Origin: Alphaproteobacteria bacterium
GTDB taxonomy: Bacteria > Pseudomonadota > Alphaproteobacteria > JAAXGF01
Direction: 5' to 3'
DNA: 24,000 nt
NCBI GenBank assembly: GCA_963555825.3
Contig: CAUVXB020000001.1
Coordinates: 1,578,242-1,602,241, forward strand
The position numbers and the translations under genes are program-made. Positions 1 through 7,175 of this stretch are shown one piece after another. Every line of letters starts with the position of its first letter. The stretch's first letter is position 1. The notes beneath the pieces were generated by a model. The model was not told where the DNA came from. It saw only the letters and a program-made list of their open reading frames with translations, and made no database searches.

Positions 1-61
1 CCGCACAGACCCGCTGGAGGCCGTAGGCCAAACCCGTGCCGGGAGAGGTGGCGGCACTCAT
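1..61 (-). CDS. IS3-family transposase OrfB (integrase-core subunit); only the first 20 codons, the rest lies beyond the window edge
   Basis: A minus-strand ATG (61-59) overlaps the orfA TGA (60-58) as ATGA. The translation MSAATSPGTGLAYGLQRVCA resembles, from memory, the N-termini of OrfB proteins that follow this type of OrfA. It is too short to be sure. No A-rich slippery heptamer is visible at the end of orfA. Confidence 0.45.
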   Translation of the reverse strand, partial: MSAATSPGTGLAYGLQRVCA

Positions 62-489
62 CGCCGCGACCTCCGCCGCCCCAAAGGGCCGGACGTCTCC
101 GTCTTGGCCTCCAGCAGTTCCACCTGCATGATCAACTCCCCGATCCGCTTCATGGCGATGTCCAGTTCCGCCTTCACCGGATCGCCCTTGCGTTCCTTGA
201 GCGAGGCATCGATCCCGGCGATCGCCTTCTCACGCCACTGCTCGAGCCGGAAAATCTCCACGCCCAACTGCCGCGACAAAAGTTCCACCGGCTCGCCACG
301 CAAAAGCCGCAGGGCAACCTCACGCTTGCGCGTCACCGTCCACCGCTGGCCAAGTCCCAGCGGGCCTGCCGGCGAAACCTGGCCCGGGGAAAACGTGGAC
401 GAGCCAAGCTCGCCCTCGTTTACCACAGGCCCATCAACAGCAACTTTGTTCTCAAAATTGTCGGTCATGTTCCGGTCCTCCTTGGACAC
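58..489 (-). CDS. IS3-family transposase OrfA-like protein (HTH plus leucine-zipper-like C-terminus)
   Basis: 143-aa ORF. RWTVTRKREVALRLLRGEPVELLSRQLGVEIFRLEQWREKA is an HTH typical of small IS OrfA proteins. It is followed by a heptad-like segment, ELDIAMKRIGELIMQVELLEAK. orfB starts immediately downstream. Confidence 0.7.
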   Translation of the reverse strand: MSKEDRNMTDNFENKVAVDGPVVNEGELGSSTFSPGQVSPAGPLGLGQRWTVTRKREVALRLLRGEPVELLSRQLGVEIFRLEQWREKAIAGIDASLKERKGDPVKAELDIAMKRIGELIMQVELLEAKTETSGPLGRRRSRR

Positions 490-539
490 TTCGATTAAGC
501 CAATTCTGTGTCCAAGGAAATCGGGTCCGACTCACCATT

Positions 540-613
540 TTAAGGGTTGTCCGATACCTGCCGAACGAGCCAGTGGTAAACGCCCAGAATGACGGGTGTC
601 CGACAACCCCTAA
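540..613. repeat. Imperfect 19-bp inverted repeat (16/19) with a ~35-nt spacer, directly abutting the putative IS3 terminus
   Basis: TTAAGGGTTGTCCGATACC (540-558) compared with the reverse complement of GGGTGTCCGACAACCCCTAA (594-613). Confidence 0.5.
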
Positions 614-1053
614 AAAATCGGAAGTCGGTGACGGCCAAGACAACGATCGCTTTCGGGGTACGAGCGGACACTCCCGGCCATCCCATTCGTTTCCGGGCAT
701 AGTGACAAATAGATGCCACCGTTGGTGAGGGGGTAATCCGGCGTGCACCGCGATTATGCCGTTGAATTCTCTCTATCATTGTATTATTATTTTTTTTCGT
801 GTTATGATCTAACAGAGCCAAAACCGACTTGGTTGCGGGTCTTTTCCACTCTAGTCCGACATTCCCCATATACCATCCAAATTCGTGGAAATCGTACCAC
901 TTTCCCACCGCCAAGGGAACTGTATCCCCTATGCAGCCATCCGATGGCATGATTTTGGTAATCGGCCCGCGCTTGGAAGGCCACTCGGTCATTTTTCTCG
1001 CCATCCAGACACACCTCTCCTGTCGCTTTCTCCTCGCCGTCGATTCCCTCGGC

Positions 1054-2403
1054 CTACGCCGGAGCGGGTCTTCGTCGCAGATCATCAATCAAGCTCAGGA
1101 TTTTCCGGAACAGGTCCCTCGGCACCGCCACCTCAGCCAATTGGAACGTAACGTAGCGGCCATGTCGGACAACCTTGGCCCCGATCTTCACCAGCTTGTC
1201 GCGCAACGTCGTCATCGACCAGTGCTCCACCTCCTTCGGCAAAGCCAGTGTCCTCATGAAGTTGCCCAGATTGTAGGCCAGGGCGTGAAGCTGGAGCCGA
1301 ACGGCATTGTTGCGGAACTTGCGACATGACAGACGGGTCCAGTTGATGGCGTTCTTGCCTTCCTTGATGTGCTGCTCCGCCGTGCCACGGTGATTATAGA
1401 ACGCCACCACCCGCTTGGTAGGGCGCGACAGATTAGTGACGATGAAACCGACGCGAGGAACCAGCTCGCCGGGGTGCCACTCCACTTTGGCCACGACACG
1501 GCGCTTCTTGTTCCACGATCCGGCCTGATAGCTGAAGCTGGCGTGGAAACGGCGAACATGGTCGGGCGGGCGACCGACAGGTCGCGTAAGCAGATGGGCA
1601 ATGTTCCGCTGGAGAATCGCGTTCGCTTTGAGGCGGATGACGTAGAGTAATCCCTCGGCTTCGAGATATTCGTATATCTCCGGTGAGGCGAAGGCGGCAT
1701 CGCCACGAAAATACAGCCGCACCTTCCTTTCCTTATAGCGCATCACCACCGGCTCCAGAACATTCCGCCATCCGTCGGCACTGTGAACATTACCGGGGCG
1801 CAGGGAACATCTCTCCAAGTCGCCGAACTGGTTGAACAGGAATAGCGGATGCTAGCAGGTACAGCCGAAGTGACCATTGTACGCTGTTCCCTCTTGTTCG
1901 CCATGGGTCGGGCTGACGCTGCTGTCCATGTCGAGAATGATCATCTTCGGCGGATGGCGGTCATGAACCTTGTCGATCCACACCCCGTTCATGTCGACCA
2001 AGGCTTCAACGTTCTCGTCGGTGGCCAATAGCTCCGTCTCGAAGCGTCCCATCTGGCTGGTGGAAGCGGCCTGTCTTTCGATGGCCTTGCCGCCAACAAT
2101 CCAGCGCATGGCGGGATCGCGTCCCAGACGGTCGGCGTCGTTCACATCGTCATAGCCGCCAAGGCGCCCGAAAACGGACTGGCGAAACTGACCCGTCATG
2201 CCGTGCCATCCGTTCTTGCCGGTACGGCTATCCTGGAAAACACCCTCGGCCATCTCAGTCAGGCCGAGGGCATCGTCAAGCTCCCGGTAGGCGAGCAACC
2301 CGGCATCAGAGGTGATCTTGGAACCGTGGAATTCAAGCTTCAATCGACGGTCAAAAACGACCCGAAGGCACCCCGGTTTCGATTCACCCATCGGGTGTGC
2401 CAT
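1054..2403 (-). pseudogene. IS1380-family (DDE) transposase interrupted by one in-frame TAG
   Basis: ORFs 1852-2403 and 1054-1818 are in the same frame (the offset of 798 is divisible by 3). Reading through gives ...YNGHFGCTC*HPLFLFNQFGDLERCSLRPGNVHSADGW..., which is the conserved IS1380 motif with the stop (1852-1854, cta on the + strand) where Tyr is normally found. The C-terminus, ...FRKILSLIDDLRRRPAPA, is also typical. I could not identify the element termini, which are probably near 1000 and 2440. Confidence 0.85.
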
Positions 2404-2543
2404 ATCCGCCGCTCCATGTATGCTACAACTTCATGATTCTTATAGCAGAATCGCCTTCTCGCCGCACTGAATATCGACGATACTTGGGAAATGCGGGCTA
2501 GTTGTACAGGCAAGGATGGATAGACCAGGTGAGGAAGAAACTG

Positions 2544-2837
2544 ATGCGTAAATGCGATAAGCTACTTCCGTGGGTCTTTTCTGGCCTCCTGCTCTTCGCC
2601 ACACATAACTCGTTGCCGTTAGCACAGGAGCAAACTGCGAAATACGATGTTGGTGCGGAATACAATAAACGACAAAAGAACCTTAATACGAGAAGACCTT
2701 TTCACAGTTTGTTGTTCAAGCCCGCTTTTCTTTCTCAACCATTTCAAGGATACCTGATTGGAATTGAGGGCGGGAACCATCCGTTCGTCTCTCATATCGG
2801 GAGATTTGAACGATCCGAATATGGGCGGGAGATTTGA
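2544..2837 (+). CDS. Hypothetical small secreted protein (97 aa) in an AT-rich segment
   Basis: GAGGAAG lies 6 nt upstream of the ATG at 2544. The N-terminus MRKCDKLLPWVFSGLLLFATHNSLPLAQEQ looks like a signal peptide. The 3' end runs into the tandem repeat, and I recognise no family. Confidence 0.3.
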   Translation: MRKCDKLLPWVFSGLLLFATHNSLPLAQEQTAKYDVGAEYNKRQKNLNTRRPFHSLLFKPAFLSQPFQGYLIGIEGGNHPFVSHIGRFERSEYGREI

Positions 2838-2870
2838 ACGATCGGGAGATTTGAACGATCCGAATATGGG
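2798..2870. repeat. Tandem direct repeat: a 28-bp unit, a 17-bp partial unit, then a 28-bp unit
   Basis: CGGGAGATTTGAACGATCCGAATATGGG occurs at 2798-2825 and, identically, at 2843-2870. Its first 17 nt (CGGGAGATTTGAACGAT) sit between the two copies at 2826-2842. Confidence 0.95.
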
Positions 2871-3059
2871 CTATTGTATACTTGAGAGAACACCCACCGA
2901 TCGCCGAAGGCTGTCCTCATGCTACCAGACCGAGAGTGGCGTGAAGGGAAGCAGCGAGAAGCGATCTCCACCGATATCAGCTACACTGGGCCGGGCGAAG
3001 CGGTCCGGGCGCTGGTGTGTGGATTCGCTTCGCCGATCCGGCAAAAGCGACTCTTACTC

Positions 3060-3836
3060 ATGTTACAAGCATTCATCGACGACAGCGGCAGCGAGCCGGG
3101 GGGCAAGGTTTTTGTTTTGGCTGGGTTGTTGTCCACTGCATCGCAATGGGAGCAATTCTCCGACGAGTGGGCAGAGATATGCGGGCAAGAGCCGGCAATC
3201 GCCGACTTCCACATGGCGCGGGCCTATCGGATAAAGGGCGGCTACTGGGGTGATGGTACGCTTGCCGAGTTAACAACCAGACGCGACGCAAAAATACTGG
3301 CCCTGGCCGAGGTGGTGCGTAAATACGCCGTGGTACGAGTGTCTTCCGGGGTGACGTGGCGAGCCTATGAAGCCGCGGCACGCGGCAAAGTGCCTCCCGA
3401 GATCGACAGTCCCTACTTCTTCTTGTTCTGGTACATCATTCAGGCCGTTGCGCGGTGGCAGGAAGACTCAGGCCGTCGGGAAAAGGTTGACTTTATATTC
3501 GACGATCAGGGCAAGATCGGCATTACAGCGGTGAGTTGGTATCCCTATTTCCTTGCCGCGTTTACCGATCAGGAGCGATCCATTCTGGCGGGAACGCCAA
3601 TCTTCCGTCACGACAGCGACGTGCTCCCGCTAAAGGCCGCCGACATGTGTGCTTGGTATCTCCGGCGTGAGATCACCGAGCATGCCCACCACGTTGACCG
3701 GGGCGAGGCCTACCAGCGGCACCTTGCGATGGAGGTTCTGTGGGATCTTCCCTATGCTGTCAATGGCGGAGCAAAAAGGGACCACCTCGGCGGTGTAAGA
3801 AGGGACCGCTTGGCGGCTGCGGGCTTGTCCCCGTAG
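3060..3836 (+). CDS. DUF3800-like protein; its 3' end (from about 3764) lies inside the IS21 terminal repeat, so the C-terminus is probably chimeric
   Basis: MLQAFIDDSGSEPGGKVFVLAGLL matches the DUF3800 N-terminal (I/F)xD(D/E)SG signature. FRHDSDVLPLKAADMCAW resembles the C-terminal LQxAD-type motif. The length (258 aa) fits the family. There is no clear SD, and the alternative upstream ATG at 2919 adds 47 non-conserved-looking residues. Confidence 0.6.
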   Translation: MLQAFIDDSGSEPGGKVFVLAGLLSTASQWEQFSDEWAEICGQEPAIADFHMARAYRIKGGYWGDGTLAELTTRRDAKILALAEVVRKYAVVRVSSGVTWRAYEAAARGKVPPEIDSPYFFLFWYIIQAVARWQEDSGRREKVDFIFDDQGKIGITAVSWYPYFLAAFTDQERSILAGTPIFRHDSDVLPLKAADMCAWYLRREITEHAHHVDRGEAYQRHLAMEVLWDLPYAVNGGAKRDHLGGVRRDRLAAAGLSP

Positions 3837-3850
3837 TCCACGGGAGGGCC

Positions 3851-3901
3851 CCGCGCGCGACGCGGCGTGCCCTCAACAGGCTGACGCGGCGGCGCGCGCG
3901 G
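3851..3901. repeat. GC-rich imperfect hairpin (17-nt arms, 15/17, 17-nt loop) flanked by GGGAGGG(A)CC direct repeats, inside the IS21 end downstream of istB
   Basis: The reverse complement of CCGCGCGCGACGCGGCG (3851-3867) matches CGCGGCGGCGCGCGCGG (3885-3901). GGGAGGGCC lies at 3842-3850 and GGGAGGGACC at 3900-3909. Confidence 0.5.
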
Positions 3902-3948
3902 GAGGGACCTGTGGGCCCACGGGGTCAAGCGTGGGCTGGGTGGTCGGT

Positions 3949-4713
3949 TCAGTTAGCAGTCGGGGTTTGACGCCTGCGGCTCTGGTTGAGCCTGTAGCTG
4001 TCACCGTTCATCTCGAGGATGTTGACGTGGTGGGTGAGGCGATCGAGGAGCGCGCCGGTGAGGCGCTCGGAGCCGAACACCTCGGTCCATTCGTCGAAGG
4101 GCAGATTGGTGGTGACCAGGGTCGAGCCCCGCTCGTAGCGTTGGCTGAACACCTCGAACAACAGCTCGGCGCCGGTCTTCGACAGCGGCACGAAGCCGAG
4201 TTCGTCGACGATCAGAAGCTTGTAGGTGGCGAGCTTCTTCTGGAACCTCAGCAGCTGCTTGTCATCGCGGGCCTCGATGAGTTCGTGGACCAGCGCGGCG
4301 GCGGTGATGAAGCCGACCGAGAGGCCCTTCTGGCAGGCCGCCAGGCCGAGACCGAGGGCGATGTGGGTCTTGCCGGTCCCACTGTTGCCGAGCGCGATGA
4401 GGTTCTCGCGGCGCTCGATGTACTCGCAGCGGGCCAGCTCCAGGACCAGCGCCTTGTTGAGCGAGGGGATGACCTTGAAGTCGAAGCTGTCGAGGCTCTT
4501 GACCACGGGGAAGCGCGCCGCCTTGATGCGCCGCTCGACCATGCGGCGCTCGCGGTCGATCAGCTCGAGCTCGGCGAGTCTCAACAGGTAGCGGACGTGA
4601 TCGACGCCTTCCGAGGCGCACTGCCGGGCGATCTTGTCGTACTCGCGCAGGAAGGTCGGCAGCTTCAGCGTCTTGAGGTGGTGGGCGAGCAGCACTTGCG
4701 GTGTGTCGGTCAT
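3949..4713 (-). CDS. istB: IS21-family helper ATPase IstB
   Basis: Walker A motif GNSGTGKTH and Walker B motif LLIVDELG. The sequence LLAHHLKTLKLPTFLREYDKIARQ...LDRLTHHVNILEMNGDSYRL is typical of IstB. The ATG at 4713 overlaps the istA TGA (ATGA). Confidence 0.95.
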   Translation of the reverse strand: MTDTPQVLLAHHLKTLKLPTFLREYDKIARQCASEGVDHVRYLLRLAELELIDRERRMVERRIKAARFPVVKSLDSFDFKVIPSLNKALVLELARCEYIERRENLIALGNSGTGKTHIALGLGLAACQKGLSVGFITAAALVHELIEARDDKQLLRFQKKLATYKLLIVDELGFVPLSKTGAELLFEVFSQRYERGSTLVTTNLPFDEWTEVFGSERLTGALLDRLTHHVNILEMNGDSYRLNQSRRRQTPTAN

Positions 4714-6209
4714 GCGCCGAGCCCCGACAGCAGGCTCATGTACGACTTGGCGGACGTCATCGCGACCCGGGCGCGCGGCAGATACGGATAGACGTCGAGG
4801 TTGAGCCTGGGCGGCCGCCGCTCGATGCGGCACAGTACCAGGTGCTTCACCGCATCAAAGCCGATTGCGCCGAGCCGCAGGGCGTCGCCGACCGCACCCT
4901 CGACCTCCTCGAGCCGGAAGGTCTCCAGTAGACGGAGCACCTGGACGTACTCGCGCTTGCCTGCCTTGCCCATACGAGCTTCGAGGAGCCGCCGCAGAGT
5001 GATGAAGGCCTCGGGCAGGTCCCAGCCCGCCAATGGCGCGGCCTGGTCGAGGGCGCCGATCTTCTGCTCGATCAAGGGCAGGTAATGCAGCGGGTCGAAG
5101 ATCAGGTCCTCGCTGTCGTAGGACCGGCGGTGCCGGGCGATCACCTCGGCCCCGCAGCTGATCACCACCTCATCGACGTAGCCCCGGATGAGCACCTCAC
5201 GGTGGCCGTAGGCCACGGGCACGGAATAGTCGTTGCTGCGGTAACGCACCAGCGACAGCGAACTCGCCCGTCCAGGGCGCTTATCGCAGGCATCATAGGG
5301 AGCAGGCGGCAATGGCAAGAGAACTTGACGATCCCGCTCGAGACGCTCGCCGATGGTCTCCTTGTGGCCCCGCAGCCGCGCCGCCTGGCGCCGGCGGCAC
5401 TGTTCGGCGAGAGCATCGTTGAGGGCCGCGAAGCTCTCGGCACGCGGGACGGGGACCAGGAAGTTCCGCCGGATGAAGCCGACCAGTCCCTCGACCTTGC
5501 CCTTGTCGTTGCCCTTGCCCGGCCGGCCGAACCTGTCCTCGAACAGATAGTGGGACTGAAGCTCCGTGAAGACGCGCGTTCGCTGCCGCTTCCCATCGCC
5601 CAGGATCCGGGCAACCGCCAGCTTGGTGTTGTCGTACAGGATGGATCGGGGGACGCCGCCGAAGAAGGCAAACGCCGCGTTGTGGCCATCGCAGAATGCT
5701 TCGGTCGTCTCCGCCGGATAGGCCGCAACAAAGCAACCATCACTGTGGGGAAGGTCGAAGGCAAGGAAGTGGATCTTCCGTAACGCGCCGCCGATCACCG
5801 CCATCGCTTCGCCGAAGTCCGCCTGGGCGTGACCGGGGGAATGGGAGAGTGGCACGAACACCTCACGCGACCGAAGCCCCTGCTCACGAACGTAGTCCTT
5901 CACGATGGTGTAGCCGCCCGTGAAACCGTACTCGTCCCGGAGGCGGTCGAAGATGCGCTTCGCAGTGTGCCGTTGCTTGCGGTGGCTGGTCCGATCGTCT
6001 TCCAAGATCCGATCGATGATTCCCGTGAACGGACCCAGCTTTGGCCGCCTCGGCGGCGCGCTTCGGCGATACCCTGGCGGCACCGAGAACGACAGCATCT
6101 TACGGACCGTCTTGCGGTCTACACCAAACACCCGCGAGGCCTCGCGGGTGCTCATCCCCTCGACATGACACGCCCGCCGAACCCGTGCGTACAACTCCAC
6201 CCGATACAT
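4710..6209 (-). CDS. istA: IS21-family transposase IstA
   Basis: The N-terminal HTH MYRVELYARVRRACHVEGMSTREASRVFGVDRKTVRKM is followed by a DDE catalytic region, and the protein is ~500 aa. I chose the start at the conserved MYRVEL (6209) rather than the upstream ATG at 6263. Confidence 0.93.
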   Translation of the reverse strand: MYRVELYARVRRACHVEGMSTREASRVFGVDRKTVRKMLSFSVPPGYRRSAPPRRPKLGPFTGIIDRILEDDRTSHRKQRHTAKRIFDRLRDEYGFTGGYTIVKDYVREQGLRSREVFVPLSHSPGHAQADFGEAMAVIGGALRKIHFLAFDLPHSDGCFVAAYPAETTEAFCDGHNAAFAFFGGVPRSILYDNTKLAVARILGDGKRQRTRVFTELQSHYLFEDRFGRPGKGNDKGKVEGLVGFIRRNFLVPVPRAESFAALNDALAEQCRRRQAARLRGHKETIGERLERDRQVLLPLPPAPYDACDKRPGRASSLSLVRYRSNDYSVPVAYGHREVLIRGYVDEVVISCGAEVIARHRRSYDSEDLIFDPLHYLPLIEQKIGALDQAAPLAGWDLPEAFITLRRLLEARMGKAGKREYVQVLRLLETFRLEEVEGAVGDALRLGAIGFDAVKHLVLCRIERRPPRLNLDVYPYLPRARVAMTSAKSYMSLLSGLGA

Positions 6210-6300
6210 CCCCCCCGCCTTCCAGTCAGAGCAACCCTGACAGAAGGCTATACGCGGTCCCATTTTGGTCCGCCGCAGCCGGATCGACCGGCCGCTTCAG

Positions 6301-6436
6301 TGGGGGATTATTGCTCTGCCGTTCTCATTCTGGGACGAGATTGCGGCCAATAGCCCCAGGAGCGCCAGGGTGGTAAAGATTTTCAAGGAATACGCCGAAA
6401 CCATGGCGAATGCCGGCCGTCCCTATCGCTACGGTT
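6301..6436 (+). pseudogene. Possible 3' remnant of a TRAP solute-binding protein gene (dctP-like) cut off by IS21
   Basis: The frame open from 6241 to the TGA at 6434-6436 reads ...WGIIALPFSFWDEIAANSPRSARVVKIFKEYAETMANAGRPYRYG*. It lies directly upstream of dctQM and is followed by stem-loops. The resemblance to SBP C-termini is from memory and is weak. Confidence 0.25.
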
Positions 6437-6480
6437 GAACCGGACGAGGCGGGATTTCCGCCGCGTAAAGACCTAAGCCC

Positions 6481-6514
6481 GATGGCCAGGGGACAACGGC
6501 GTCTCCTGGCCATC
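6481..6514 (+). promoter_or_regulatory. Strong stem-loop (13-bp arms with one mismatch, 8-nt loop) between the putative SBP remnant and dctQ
   Basis: GATGGCCAGGGGA (6481-6493) pairs with TCTCCTGGCCATC (6502-6514). There is no U-tract. It fits the intercistronic mRNA-stabilising hairpins often found after binding-protein genes. Confidence 0.5.
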
Positions 6515-6650
6515 GTCGGCTGTCGTAGCCGAAGGGCGGGCGGCTGTCGCGTCACAGCGGCGGCCGTTGCCATGTCCCGATCCTTGGTATGAAGCATCCG
6601 ATCGAAGCCGCAAGACCGACCCGCACGGCCATGACGGAAAAGGGGGCGCC

Positions 6651-7175
6651 ATGCCCAGGGCCATAAGATTGTACGTGCGATACGTCAACGCCGTGAACCG
6701 CGTGGTCGGCCGGTTCGCGATGTACATGATCTTCGCCATGATGGGGTTGCTGCTCTTTTCGTCCATATCCAAGACGTTCTTCGTTCCCCAGTTATGGACG
6801 CTGGAATTGGCCCAGTTCTCGATGGCGGCCTATTACCTGTTGGGCGGCGGCTACTCCATGCAGCTCGATTCCCACGTCAGGATGGACCTCGTCTACGGGC
6901 GGTGGTCGCCGAAGGGCAAGGGGTTCGTCGACTCAATTACCGCATTCTGCCTCATCTTCTATCTGGGGCTCCTGCTCTACGGCGGATTTTCCAGCACCGA
7001 GTACGCGCTGTATTACGGCGAGACGAGCTATTCGTCATGGTCGCCGCTCATGGCGCCGATCAAGATCATCATGACGTTCGGCATCGCGCTGATGCTGTTG
7101 CAGGCCATCGCGACATTCTTCAAGGACCTGGCCAGGGCCAAGGGGTTGACCCTCGATGAGGAGAGCGCGGCATGA
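6651..7175 (+). CDS. dctQ: TRAP transporter small permease subunit (DctQ family)
   Basis: 174 aa with four hydrophobic segments and a ...GGGYSMQLDSHVRMDLVYGRW... motif typical of DctQ-type subunits. GAAAAGGGGG lies upstream of the ATG at 6651, and the stop overlaps the dctM ATG. Confidence 0.85.
   Translation: MPRAIRLYVRYVNAVNRVVGRFAMYMIFAMMGLLLFSSISKTFFVPQLWTLELAQFSMAAYYLLGGGYSMQLDSHVRMDLVYGRWSPKGKGFVDSITAFCLIFYLGLLLYGGFSSTEYALYYGETSYSSWSPLMAPIKIIMTFGIALMLLQAIATFFKDLARAKGLTLDEESAA

Larger units (their letters stand above)
1..534 (-). mobile_element. Left (5') end of an IS3-family insertion sequence, truncated by the window edge
   Basis: orfA/orfB arrangement. The candidate terminal inverted repeat reads TGAGTCGGACCCGA on the minus strand (534-521). 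It is TG-initiated, as in IS3-family IRs, and lies 45 bp upstream of the orfA ATG. The other end of the element is not in the window, so the IR cannot be confirmed. Confidence 0.45.
3764..6277 (-). mobile_element. Complete IS21-family insertion sequence (~2.5 kb); boundaries are approximate to within a few bp
   Basis: It has the istA-istB gene pair. GCGGAGCAAAAAGGGACCACC (3766-3786) matches the reverse complement of 6253-6273 (GCGGACCAAAATGGGACCGCG) at 17/21 positions, and a TG lies just outside each arm. Extra GGGACC copies (3802-3808, 3904-3909, 6267-6272 rc) fit the multi-repeat ends of the IS21 family. No target-site duplication is evident. Confidence 0.75.

Noticed and set aside
540-1088. 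182-aa minus-strand ORF and overlapping + strand ORFs (743-952, 829-1329, 885-1151)
   Set aside because: They cross regions of very different GC content and the IS1380 3' end. They have no SD, no recognisable motifs and mutually overlapping frames. They most likely lie in non-coding scar DNA.
2798-2870. The tandem repeat as a CRISPR array or as a tRNA 3'-end (att-like) fragment
   Set aside because: The units are directly adjacent with no spacers, so it is not a CRISPR array. The ATTTGAAC core resembles a reverse-complemented T-loop, but the flanking bases cannot form a T-stem and no acceptor stem is present.
3931-4791. 286-aa + strand ORF inside istB, and 5085-5783 and 5829-6353 inside istA
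   Set aside because: They lie antisense to the canonical IS21 genes and are repetitive and E/L/G/A-rich, with no family resemblance.
6325-6772. Minus-strand ORFs 6325-6597 and 6473-6772 and + strand ORF 6410-6592, upstream of dctQ
   Set aside because: They overlap one another and the dctQ start. They have an Arg/Ala-rich composition, and the region is better explained as an intergenic leader with stem-loops.
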